From: the human T2T-CHM13v2.0 reference genome, Homo sapiens | NCBI RefSeq assembly: GCF_009914755.1 | Contig: NC_060939.1 | Length of the DNA stretch: 64,000 nucleotides | Direction: 5' to 3' (one strand) | Part shown: in pieces, positions 41,750-55,079 of the stretch | Position numbering within the stretch: the first letter of the stretch is position 1 | Layout: every line of letters begins with the position of its first letter | Made by a program: the position numbers and the translations under genes | Notes under the pieces: model-generated | Told to the model about the DNA's origin: nothing | The model's database searches: none | What the model saw: the letters and a program-made list of their open reading frames with translations, nothing else

Positions 41750-43919
41750 AATCAAACTTTTTGAGATAACTATAAATTACATGCAGTTATAAGAAATAAT
41801 ACAGATAGTCCATACACCATTTACCCAGTTATCTTCAGTGATAAACATCTTGCGTAACTGCAGTAAAATATCTCAACAAGAACACTGAGATTGATAGACT
41901 CCTGATATAGAACATCTTCATCAGCACAAGGATCCCTTCATGTTTTCCTTGTATAGACATATTCATTCACCTCCTGCCCTCCCTCCTGCCTTAATCCTTG
42001 ACAAACACTAAGCTAGTCTTCTTTTCTATGATTATCTCAACAATGTTATATGAATTGAATCATATAATAGATAACCACTGGAGACTGTTTTTTTTTCATT
42101 TAGCACTAATTCCCTGAAAATTCATTTAGGTTGTTGTGTATATCAAGTTTATTCCTTTTCATTGCTGAATAGTATCCCATGGTGTGGATGTCAGAGTTTA
42201 TTTAAGCATCTACCTTTTGAAGGACATCTGGGTTGTTCGCAGTTTGGAGACGTCATTAATAGAGCGTCTATAAATATTTGTGTCTAGATTTTTGTATGAC
42301 ATAGTTCTTATTTCTCTGGGATAAATGCCCAAGAATACAACTGCTGATTCATATGGTAGTTGCATGTTAATTTATTTAAAGAAATTGCCAAATTGTTTTC
42401 AGAATGGCTGTACCATTTTGTAATCTCACCAGCAATGTATGAGTGATCAAGTTTCTTCACATCCCCACAAGCATTTTTGTTTGTATTTTGATTTTTTTCT
42501 TTTTTGGTTATGGGTGTGTAAATTACCCCAGCACGCATTGAAGAAATTATCTCACTGCCATATAATTACTTTTTCACCATTGTCAAAAATAAATTGGGCA
42601 TTTTTGTGCATTGTATATCTAGGTTTTCTACTCTGTTTCATTAATCCATGTGTCTGTCCTTCTGTCAATGTTACATAGAATTGTAGCTACATAACAAGTG
42701 TTGAGATTGGGTAGATTGATTCCTCTCACTTTTATTTGTCTTTTACAAAATTATTTCTTTATTCTAGTCCTTTGTATTACTGTATAAATTTTAGAATAAT
42801 CTTGTCTATGATACAAAAAAATTCCTGAGATTTTAATGGTAATTACATTAAATTTTTATATCAATTTAGGAAAAATTAACACTATCATGTTGAGTCTTCT
42901 AATCCATGAAAATGGTATGTATCTCCATTTGATTAGATCTTCTTTGGTTTATTTCACCAGCATTTTGTATTTTTCAACACGCAATATTAGTATATGTTTT
43001 GGTAAATTTACACATAAGTGTTTCTCTCTTTTTTTGAGCAACTATAAATTGAGTTGTATTTTAAATTTTGGTGTCTACATGTTTATTGCTAAAACCTACC
43101 TGAATTGCATATGTTTATCTTGTATTCCGTGACTTTGCTAAACTCATTATTAGTTCCAACAGGTTGTTTGGGATATTCTACACAATTATGTCATATGCTA
43201 ACTAAAAAAGTGTGTGTGTGTGTGTGTGTGTGTGTATAATTTCTATCCAATCTATATGATTTTACTTCCTTTTCTTGCTACATTGAAATGACTAGAACTT
43301 TCAATGCTAGGTTTAATAAGAGTGGTGAAAGCAGACATGGTTTCCTTGTCCCTAAACTCAGAAAGCATTCCATCATTCACTGTTAAATATAATGTTAACT
43401 TCAGTTCTTCGCAGCTGTTCTTTATCAAGTTGAATAAGATTCCCCTCTATATCTCTTAGAGTTTCTAATCATAAATATGCATTTAATTTTGTTGCACATT
43501 TCTGTTACATACTCTGCTTCAATTAATATAGTCATATGATTTTTCTTTTCTGCCAATCTCTGAATGGGTGTATTTAGACCATTTACTTGAAATGTAATTG
43601 TAGGTTCACTAGGGCTTAATTCTTTCCTTGTATTTTCTGTTTTGGAGATGGGCAGCTTTTTTGCTTGCACTCATTGGTTCTTTCAAGTTACTGTTTTCTT
43701 GGCCTCCAAATCTAGGATATATGAGGCAAAAAGAAAACCCACGGCACTCATGACAATGTTGTTCCTTTGGTCCGGAGGTCACCAGTAAGTTTAACTTCTT
43801 CTCTCCATCTTTTAGAGTTTTATGGATTTTTAAAATACAATTCCAGTGTTTTTACTTGCGCTTAGCAGAAGGAATACGGAAAAGTCAATCTATTATACAT
43901 TCCTAGAAGCAGAAATTTG
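41750..43919 (-). mobile_element. Internally deleted L1 (L1MC/MD-type) retaining both 5' and 3' termini
   Basis: 3'UTR at 41750, ORF2 pieces inside, and 5'UTR-type sequence at about 43680-43915. TSD attattcttttt at 41738-41749 and 43920-43931. Confidence 0.85.
43210..43236 (+). repeat. (TG)n microsatellite
   Basis: Read directly. Confidence 0.95.
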
Positions 43920-43931
43920 ATTATTCTTTTT

Positions 43932-44750
43932 GATGTTGAAAATGCCCGATATTTGGTCAAAGGGAGCATCTTTAAGTGGGATCCTGTCTCCTTTTGATAT
44001 TCTCTTAGCAGTCTTTGATAGCTTGCTGGCTTTCTGTATAGCAGATTGCTCCAGGCTCATCATCTTACCATCTATGTAAAAGTGTATATATAAGTGTGTT
44101 TTAAAACACTACCAATATCGTACTAGCAACACAATTATGAAAACTAATTTAAGGTAGCTTTTTGTATGTTTATTTTGTGCTTTGAGTGTAGCACAAAAAT
44201 CATTTGTTTTAAATTCTTTTGAAATAATTCCCTTCTGTATAGTTATGTCAAAAATACAAGACATTTTAAGGTTTATTGGTTTTATTTTGCTTCTTAATTT
44301 TAGAAATTGCTTTATTTCTATTTTATTTTGGTTTTGTCATTACATGGGATATTATTTAGTTTTGATGTCAAATATACAAAATAAGGCATATTTAAAGACA
44401 TCTCGCTTTTATCTCTGTTCCCTCCAACAGGTTTGCTCTCCGTTCCACTGATTTGGGTGCTAGTTTCATTGTATTTAAAAAATTTATATAAAATGTGGTT
44501 TATTTCTAGATTTTCTATTCTGTTTTAATGTCTTTTGTGCTATTCATGCATCAATCCCCATTGTTTTCCTTGTAAAGGTTTTAAGAACATGTTCTAGTAT
44601 CTGGTTGAACTAACATAATTTTATTGTTCATTTTCAGAAGAGATTCTATTGCTTGTTGTTTTGCCAAGTAAATTTATAATCAACTTAGCTAGCCTTTGAA
44701 ATAAATCTAATGGTATTTGGAGAGGTATTATACTAAATTTATAAATTAAA
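43932..44750 (-). mobile_element. L1MC4-like, right part of the host element
   Basis: gatgttgaaaatgcccgatatttggtcaaagggagc...agtctttgatagcttgctggctttctg continues the host. Confidence 0.7.
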
Positions 44751-45200
44751 TTATGGATATATTTTGAAGATTTATCCAACAAACTTTCCAGAGAGATCCA
44801 ATGTGAGGTGTAAGAGAACAAGAACAGGTAAAGATAATCCTAAAGCATTTTGCCAGAGGAAATGGAAGGAGAGAGTAGCCAGCCACTGATACAGAGGCAG
44901 CTGTGGTAGCAGCAGGATTAGGAGCAGAGTCTGTAAGCTTAATTTAAAGTATGTTAGGTTTCAGAGGCCTATCATATAACTAATTGGAAATGTGGATCAG
45001 GCAGTTGGAAACAGAAGGCTGGAATTCAGGGTAAAGGTCAGGGCTGGGGATGTAAAGTTTGGAATCACTGTCAAGAGGTTGATATTTAAAACTACACAAC
45101 TGGTTGATGTTGCCAAGGGAAGGAGTAATGAAGAGAGACCCGATTCAGGCCAGAAGGACAGCTGTGGTATTCTTGTTCTTGGGAAAGTGAAGTAAGTGAT
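44750..45200 (-). mobile_element. L2 fragment, continuation
   Basis: aggcagttggaaacagaaggctggaattcagggtaaaggtcagggctggggatgtaaagtttggaatca. Confidence 0.75.
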
Positions 45201-46129
45201 AAACAGCACAAGGAAGCCTGGAACAAGGATGGGTCAAGGCTGAGACTGTGGTTGGCTCAAGACCACCATACACATAGAAAGAAACAGCAGCATAGTAGTC
45301 CAAAAAGTGGGGAACAGGAAAACAAAGTCAGAGATGGGTTAACTTGGGAATGCCAAGCCTGAGCAGAAGCAAGGCTCACAAAGGGGGCAGTTTGGGCCTA
45401 TGTGCCCAGGGGGTATGCACATGTAGCCAGTGTTTTGCACACACAATCTTCTTCAAGAAGAGATGTTCTTGGGTGGCAGTGTCTTGGTGATGATTACATC
45501 CTGCAGTGTCTACAGAGATGTTTTTATCAGGATTCTTTGTTACAAATAGTAATTACAATCTCTGACTAACTTAATTATAGGAGGAATCTATTGGAAATAT
45601 AGGGGAGTTTCATAAAACTGAGAAGATGAGGATGAAGGCTTAGAAAATGGCAAGACCTCTTGAAAATCAATAGCAGGATATATAGCATCTGTGTTATAGG
45701 AGATTTGGTAAAGACAACCTCAAGCTGGAGACAGCTACAGCCACCAAGGAAAACCATAACAGCTGTTGGAAACTCACCTCAAACATTCCTCCATCTTTGT
45801 ATCATTTTATCCAGAATCAGCCCTGAACAGCAATACCTGACTGTGTAGGGAGTGCACTTCTATACTGGCTGTGGTGCTGAGAGGAGAGAGCTCTCACTTT
45901 GACTTCCATTATGGAAGGTGTGTGGTACTGCAATCTACCACTAATATGTGCAACAAGGGAACTCTTCAAAAACAAGAACTGAATGCTGGACAGCCAAAAG
46001 TTAAATGACAAAATGTTTATCACACATGAATCAAGAATTTGTAGACGTGCGAAATTTTAATCAGGGAACTCTGAGGAACTGAGAAGGGTGAAAAGGAGAT
46101 AAGCCTGAAGACTAAAGACATAATTTTAA

Positions 46130-47730
46130 TCATAATTTCTCAAAAACAGCAAAGGGTAGGTTCTAGAAAGTGCCAGCTAATAAACTAAGGAGTATTGGTA
46201 GCAAAGAATAGGCTGAGTTGAGAAATCCAGGTTGAAAAGAGTCAAGATCAGGAAGGAAGTTGGTCAGACAATATTCTAAAAGAGCTTCTTAAACAGCTGA
46301 TCTGTTACCAATGAAACATTGTGAAGCACAAGAGTCAATGCATTCAGTTATGGGCTTGTAATTCAAAAAGTTCTTAAAAGCTTGGAAACCTGGGCCAAAA
46401 CATTCTGGAATAAATGGGACAAACGTAATGGGGCAAATGTGAAATTTTGCATGTGGGTTCGAAAATGCAATTGTTCTTACAGGAGATGGAATTTAGCCTT
46501 CGCTCAGAAATTTAATAGTATATGAGACTTGAAAGATCATATATTAATAGTTCAATTGCCTTATTTAACAGGGATATTAACTTGAAGCCCAGAAAACGGG
46601 ACTTGCCCAAGGATTCACAGCCAAATAGTAGTAAAACCAGAATTAGCACTCAAGTTTGATGACTAACTTCCTTAAAATACTTTAAAATTACCCTAAAATG
46701 CCTTTAACCTGACATCCATCCCCAAGGAAATAATTTGAAGCTTACCAGCATGCATTTAATGGGTGCCAATGGTATTCTGCAGCTGCTAAAATATTACCAC
46801 AAACTTAGCCCGCAATAAAAGAGGCAGAGTGTTCAGAGCTGGAAAAATGGTGCAGCATCTTCTACCCGAGTCAGCCAATCTTGGAGGATTACACTTGTTT
46901 CCCTCAATCATATTTAAGGAGGATTCTGGCCAACATAAACTCTAAAAGAGTGAATCCTTAAAGATGGATCCTGAGTGGCGAACTGGGCCTAAATGTAAAA
47001 TACAACCAAGCAGCCATTTGCTGAAGAAAGGTCACACAGGTACTCAGCATCCCAGGAAAACCCACACACACATAACTTTGGGACTTTCAAAGTTGTCTTT
47101 TTCTGTTTATGCTGCCTGAATCAAACTATAGGCTGTGACCTGCATCCACCAATCAGAAGTCAATGAGCATCAATCAATCAGGACTAAGCAAGTGTGCATC
47201 CCTCATTTGCATAAGTGGGCCCATGTGGGAACTTTTTCTATAAAACATAACCCTCTCTTTGTTCTCTGGGAATGCATCTTTGTTTTGTACTGAAGTCTTT
47301 ATCAAATTTTTGGTTTGCAAACTGCACAAAGAAATGAAGTCTCTCTTAACCCAATACTTCTTTCTCAGTAGTCTTGTTAACACTAACTAGGGGGGATCCA
47401 GAGGAGGGATGGTGAAGTTTCTGAAACATGACCACAGAAATGGTTGCAGAAAGAGTAGATAGAAAAAAAGCAGCTAAGGGAAGAGATAGTAGCCACCCTC
47501 TAATCTATCAGGCATTCTTATGAGAAGAAAGAGACGTTTACTAAGCTGCCCTGACAGCAGAACTAGGGTCATCAGGCACAAGTGATGGAGTAAAGATGTG
47601 CCACTACAAGGGAGCATGAGCCCCCTGTCGGTGAAGCCGCAAAAATACAATTTCATCTTCATCCATCAGTGAGGGATGCAGCGGCAAGTAATATAAAGTC
47701 CCTTTCAACTCCTAGCTTTTTGTGATTCTA
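46130..47730 (+). mobile_element. CR1/L3 fragments interrupted by a MIR and an LTR
   Basis: gcaaatgtgaaattttgcatgtgggttcgaaaa motif, and a CR1-type 3' terminus gtccctttcaactcc...gtgattcta at about 47700-47730. Confidence 0.6.
46935..47382 (+). mobile_element. ERV1 solo LTR (MER66-like)
   Basis: gatcctgagtggcgaactgggcctaaa...caagcagccatttgctga...taactttgggactttc. Ends in tgttaaca. Contains CCAAT, octamer and TATA motifs. Confidence 0.7.
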
Positions 47731-48526
47731 TTACTTTCCTAATTCAGACATTATTTTTTTCTACCAGATATTAAGGTCTTTGAAATTAAGCTCATTATAA
47801 TGTCTCAGAAAGAAGTGACCCTGTCTTACACTCTCTGTGGTGCCCACAGTGCCTAGAACAATGGAAGATACACAGAAAGTGTTTAATCAATACTGGGCGG
47901 CTGATACAGCCTTTGATATTCTTTTCTATTCCTCCTCTTCCTCCTGCCACAATCGTTGATCCTGATCCACTAACTGCAGAGCAGCAAAGGGAAAATTGTC
48001 ACACACACACATGCATGGTATTATAAGGGTATCTTCAAGGAAATAGAAAAAGGATTGAGAAATGGGTTTTAAAAATTTACATACTTGTGCAGGATAATAC
48101 TTAAACACACACAGTTCTTGGGGAAAAAAGAGCTAATTCTGGCTTCATACCTTTATACACAAGATCACAAACAACAAATCCTGACATTGTGACTGTACTT
48201 ATCTCTTTTCTCTGCCCCATATTTTTTTTCTATAGCTGTTCTCTTTTAATGTTGAGATGCATGCTATTACAATAAGATGAAAAGAAGTTCAGTTTGAAGG
48301 GCTGGGAAGAGAGTGGGTGAGGGCAGATTTATGGCAGAGCTTCTGGCTCAGATGTTGCCTCTAATTCAGACTCCATCTCTTGCTTGACTCCATGTCTGGG
48401 TAAGTGACTTCAACGCTAAGCCTCAGTTTCCTCAACTGAAAACCAGAAATAACATTGCTTATCTCAATAGGTTATAAGCAGAATTAACACGAAGTCTACA
48501 AAAATCATAGGCACTCATTAAAATTA

Positions 48527-48826
<300 letters not shown>

Positions 48827-50372
48827 AAATTAGTTCCCTTGCATTTGCCCCTGATGCTCCTCCAACTAAGTCATCCTATGACATTTGAAAGCCTTTGCTC
48901 TGTAGAATTCTTACTTCCAGTATCACTTGGGAAGTTCTGACCTCGGCTAAGAGTGAAAATTGTGTGTTAATTTACTTGCCATCTTTGTTCAATTGATAGT
49001 GATTATCCAGAACAATATTACAAGTGTTTCTAAGCCATCCAAGGCACTTTAGGAAGGAACAAGAAAACTAGAACAGTTATAGTGGGTACCAGAGTAGAAA
49101 GTGGCTACAAGAACGCCATATATTTGCCATCTCTGCCTTCAGCATTAAAGATGAAGGAAATCAATGAGGAAAAAATCTGGATCGGAAGTCTGAATTTGCA
49201 TTTTGATTAATTTATCCCAATTACTTTGGTCTCAGTTTTCATAACTGTAAAATGATCGAGATTTTATAAGATGATGTTGATGATGATGATGATACCTGCC
49301 CTATGTGTCTCATCAGAGCACTGAGAATGATAGATGTGTTTGAAAAGCTGGCCATAAGCCAATGCCAGGTACTAGAACCCATCAGATGCATACGCTAAGG
49401 CAAACTGAGAGAGTGGAGCCTAGAGAGGAAATCGGAGGATCTAGTGGTGTTAAAGGAAAAGGAAGAGATTCAGTAAGGACAAAGAGGAGGGGACTAAATA
49501 GTTTTGCTCACTCGATTTGCCTAGAGACATCCCATAGCAAACGTACCTCTTTAACCTGTGATGTTGAAGAATCACTACAAAATAAAATCAAGGACATTGC
49601 AAAGGAAAACACTGTATTACTGCTGAATTAATGGGCTGCTTCTCATTCTTCTCTACACTCACAAAGAGGGAAGCAGGCATGTGAGGGCTGAAGCTTTTGG
49701 AACAGTTTATCATCTCCAGGGACTTTGCTTTTCTTGCTTAGAGAACTGGAAGGCCTGAGTGGCAGGCCCTTCCTTTTAAGGGAAGACTGAGAGGTAGGAA
49801 AAGCTGCTTCTGATAAATGGTGATAAGGGGTCAATTATTCCAACTATTTCATATTTATTAAGTTCCAGTAACTATGAAGCACCCAGCTGTGGGAGTAGAA
49901 AAAGTGAATGGTGATTGCTATAGATGAGGCCTGAGAGATTTTCTGTGAAGGTGAATTAGAGATGCAGGTTTGATGAAGATGGCATTTGGTATAAGGAAAC
50001 ACATCTTAGGCCAAATGGCCTCCTATGAACATGGTGAAGAAAGAGCTCGCCAAGTAAATACAGTGAATCTGAGAAGCGCACAAAGTGAGAGTGGGCACAT
50101 GTATGTGTGAGTGAACATGTATGTCTCTGTGTGCAAGGGTGTGTGCAGTGGTGAGGTGGAGTGAAAGCTAGGAGACAAACGTGTAGGTAGGAGGGGAGTG
50201 CTCGAGAGAAATGGGAGACTCAGGAAAAACCCCTGAAAGGCTGATTCAAATCTTCCAAACAGGTCACCAGGGATAGCAAGGAAGAGCAGAAGACAAGGAC
50301 ACTAAAGGTACCACAGGCAGTTGCTATTAGTACAGTCTTTGTAATATCATCCATAATAGCTGGTCTGTGATT

Positions 50373-50916
<544 letters not shown>

Positions 50917-51179
50917 CTATGCTGTCAGGGATTAACTTTGCACAAAGAAAGGTTTAGCCTCAGATGGGCCCCTGGCGGCCCTTTAAACTTATGGCATGTC
51001 CTGCCTGATAAGACCTTCTGAGCACAGGGCCAGTGAAACTGCACAGAGAAGCACATCACAAACGTTGTCCTGCCCGGTCTCCTGAACCATCTGCCTGTCT
51101 CCTGTCCTCTTCCTTATTTTCCAAAGACCATCACAGACGCCAAGGCTCAAATTAGTTTCTATGAACTCTGATGCATACT

Positions 51180-51375
51180 GTCATGTATGATGTGCCAGGA
51201 ATTGTGCATTATCTCACTTAATCCTTGCAAGACCACTGGATGGTAAGTCTTAACAATGCCCACTTTATAGTGGAAAATCTGAGGCTTTGAAAGGTTAAAC
51301 AATTTGTCTAAAATTACAGCGCATGTGGCAGTCAGGTCTATCCAACCTCAGCATCTGGATTCACAGTTGCTGTGC
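51180..51375 (-). mobile_element. MIR
   Basis: tgtgccagg...atctcacttaatcctt...cccactttatagtggaaaatctgaggct. Confidence 0.75.
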
Positions 51376-52386
51376 TGAATAGCCTTACATGAGACTTCTA
51401 CTTATCTAAACTTACACACAGTTATTAGTTTGAATTCTGAGAAACTGGCTTTTGAGAGTGGAAAAGAGGCCAGGTATAAGCGTTCTTAGTCTGTTTTAAG
51501 AATAAGAACAATTAGGATAATCACTCACCCCCACCCCCAACTCATCACCCTTAGAAGAATCTATCTGCTAGTAGTCACTTGGTATCCACAAAGTCAGACT
51601 TCATTATCCCCTAATAAAAACTCTCCTGGCATCATTCTAAGAGGTTTATGTGGGGTGCTGCTCCCCATTTCCAACCTGTCTGTGAACCTCTCCTTTTTGA
51701 TTCACTGCTGAATCATCTGCCAGGCCTCTGAGCGCTCACCTTCATTTTGCTCAGCCACAAGGTAGACTCCTGAGTAAATGGAGTCCATTAGAGTGGACTC
51801 ACATCACATTAAGGTATGCAAATGTGTACATTAAGGTGGAGGGAGACACAGAAAAAGAAAAATAATTGTAGTTGCATAGGAGATTCCTAGCACCATCCCA
51901 TTCATTAAGGAGATATAGCTGATATGAACACACTGTTCCCCCCCAAGTCTGTGTTGTTTTCTAAGCACCTCTGAGAATACAGGCATCTCACCAAGCTAAG
52001 GGTCCTGCTCCTGTTTACAATGCCCGTGTTTCATAAACTTTGCCTACTAAAGGGAAACTAACAATTTCATCTCATACTCAGGAAATCATGCTAGCCCAAT
52101 ACTAGAGGATAACACAGCTGGATCTGACTCACTAAGAAGCAATGTGTCAGTTTCCAGTGAAGTGCTTCTAAAGAGATTTGCCAAGTCTACTTTTTGTCTC
52201 ACAAGCAGACTTCAGAGCCTAAATTTTCCATAAGCTGTGACTCTGCAAATTTGTCTGGGGATTTGTGATTGGATCACTGGGGAATTGACCCACCCAGTTG
52301 CAGAGATGCTAGTCCAAGGGTTATGTAGAATTAGAGCTGCAGTCAGCACCAAGAAAAGCAACGCCCTGTGTGTACTGAAGATTTAA

Positions 52387-52670
52387 GAGAGCAGAAAAAT
52401 AAGAGGAGACCAAGGGAACCAGGCTATAGAAAGGAAAGTGGAACTGCAGCAAAACATATATTTAACACATTTTTAAAAATAGGGATCACTACCAAGCCGG
52501 AGACAGTGAGTGAGAGAGAAAGAGATTGGGAATGAGAGCAGAAAAATAAGAGGAGACCAAGGAAACCGGGCTATAGAGAGTAGAGTGGAACAGGAAGAAG
52601 ACATATATTTGAAAAGAGGGGTCACTGTTGAGCCAGAGAGAGTGAGTGAGAGAAAGAGATTGGGAATGAG
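52387..52670 (+). repeat. About 147-bp tandem duplication, 2 copies
   Basis: gagagcagaaaaataagaggagaccaagg at 52387 and 52534. Both copies end in gagagaaagagattgggaatgag. Confidence 0.92.
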
Positions 52671-54223
52671 CCTTCTTGGTGTGTGATGGGTCCTGACTGA
52701 GTGGCCCTTGTCCCAGGATCCCATGCCTGTCAGGCCCGGGCTTCCCTTCCCCTTTGGCAGGGGCATCCCTAGTGAGGCACAGGAATGATTTGTACTCTAC
52801 ATTCAGCTTCTGTTGCCCCAACTGTAGTCTAACGCACCCCAGCAAGTTTACCCTTTTTCTTACCTGCTAATGCCAAATTGACAACCTAATTACCACGCAT
52901 ATGTGATTGCTATTACCATGTGAATAGTAATAACTATGCACCCTTTCTAATTTCTAATTCTGATTCAGAAACAGAAGTCATTCACAAACCCTTCCTTATC
53001 AGTTTTAAAAAACGATCCCTATGCCGAAATGGTGACTCAGCTTCCGTACATTGCAGTGATAGTGCTGGCCCTCTCCAGAACCCTTGCACTCTCCGGCCGT
53101 TAACAAAGATAAATATAAATGCTTATTTCAAGTTCTCTTTTCAACCACCCTTGCGCTCCAACGATTTTTTTTCCTGCATGGGCTGCTTCTGGCTGCTATG
53201 ACCTAATGCTACGACCTTTTTTTTACTCTGGGTTATTCTGGCCTTCATTTCTTTTGAAATCAGCCCTTCAATTTCATTTTCTCATATTTGTCACCACAGC
53301 TTTGAGATGTATGTGTACCTTTAACAGCTACATGAGTAGAATGGAAGGTGGTAGAAAGACACTATGGTTCAATATTAACAGGAGAATGGGGAGGAGCCAA
53401 TGATACTGCCAGACACAAAAGGAAGGGAGGAGGAAGTGGGGGAGCAGAAAGAGTAAAGTAATAAGAGCTTGGGGAAATCAAGTTAAAAGTAACCAAGAGG
53501 TAATCAACCCAGTGATGGCATGGCACTAGATATACATGTCTTGCCTTGTGACATCTCTTCTAATTTTCTATCTTGCATCTCTCAGAAATTTGTAGAAGTT
53601 CCCTGAGGGCAAGTTCCCTGCCTTATACTCTTGTTTGTTGTTGCTGTTTCATATGGAACATTAATATTTGCTGATCAAATGATGTATTAATTGATTGATA
53701 TTCCAACTGCTTGCACTCCAAATAAGACTGTACACATTTCAAATGGTGGTGGTGGTAGAACCATTTGAGTGAGGGAGAGGAGTAGTTAGAATTAGTGGAA
53801 ACTGTATTTTTTTCCCCAAAATGCTTAGAAGGAAATACGTTCTGTAACCCTTCCTGTCTAATGGCTGCAGAGTAATTTGGCACTAATTTTGATTTCTCTT
53901 CTTTTAACTATTCAAGTGCCCATGACAGCCTGACACATAGTAGGCACTCATTAAACATTTGAAAATGACTGAGTGACAAACTGAAAAATACTTTTAGTGA
54001 GAATTGAAATCTACTATTGATTGTCCCATCAAGAGATTTAGGGACCCTGGAAGGACTATGCATTTCCTGAGGTCATCCTTTGAGTAAGGCTGCTAGGATG
54101 GATAGGGTCCATAACAGAGCTGTATCAGAAACAAAAGGAAAAAAAAAATACTGGTCTTGGAAGGTAACAGTATTGCATAGCAATTAAAGAGAATAAAAGA
54201 AAACGACAATGCACATGGTACAT

Positions 54224-54597
54224 ATGCATTAACTTGCTAAGTCTACCATAACAAAATACCACTGGGTGTTCAACCACAGAAATTTATTTTCTCAGTTCTA
54301 GAGGTTGGAAGTCCAAAATCAAGGTGTCAGAAGGTTCCTCTGAGGCCTCTCTCCTTGGCTTGCAGACAGCCGCCTGCTCACTGTGTCCTCGCACGGTCTT
54401 TCTTCTGTGTGTGTATGCCCCTATCCCTGTGTCTCTCAGTGTGTCCAACATGCCTCTTCTTATAAGAATGCAGTCACATTGGATCACTTAATCACCTCTT
54501 TAAAGGCCCTATCTCCAAATACAGTTACATGCTGAAGTGCTGGGGGGTTAGGTTTCAACATAGGAATGTGAAATGGGGGTACATTTCAGCCTATGCA
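54224..54597 (-). mobile_element. MLT1A/B MaLR solo LTR
   Basis: ccataacaaaataccac...aagtccaaaatcaaggtgtcag...ccctatctccaaatacagttacat. Confidence 0.88.
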
Positions 54598-55079
54598 ATA
54601 TAGATGCCGATTCTACAAAGCATTCTCCTAGCTGCACGGTCATTCTGGGAAGCAAATAATTTTAATATCCAATGTTTATAGTTTAAGAAAGTGAATATTA
54701 AAATGTTATTCTGCCCCAGATCCAGGAGCTACAAGTGACAGGCTTGGATTCAAACCCACAACTTCTTGCTCTAAATAGCATGCATTTTCTACTTCAGCAC
54801 TCTGCTATGAGACAAAGAAACATGAGCAGTGAAATATCTGGAGAAAACATATAGATGAGAACTGTCAGAAAAACTGAAACATTTCACCCAAACAGTAGGC
54901 CTCCTGTGACTCTCCAGAAAATCCACAACCATACCTTGTTTCTAAATCTCTGAATAAGTGACCCGAATTAACTCTTTCTGCTTCCATTTTGGCATTAAAA
55001 AAATTTAAAGCAATAAAATGTTCTTTCTCTTTTCCCCAGGGATTTTGAGGTCACCTGATACAGACAGTACTTTAAAAAA

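Noticed and set aside
55015-55070. Strong-looking acceptor ttctttctcttttccccAG at 55039
   Set aside because: No convincing downstream donor, and it runs directly into an old L1. Isolated acceptors are common.
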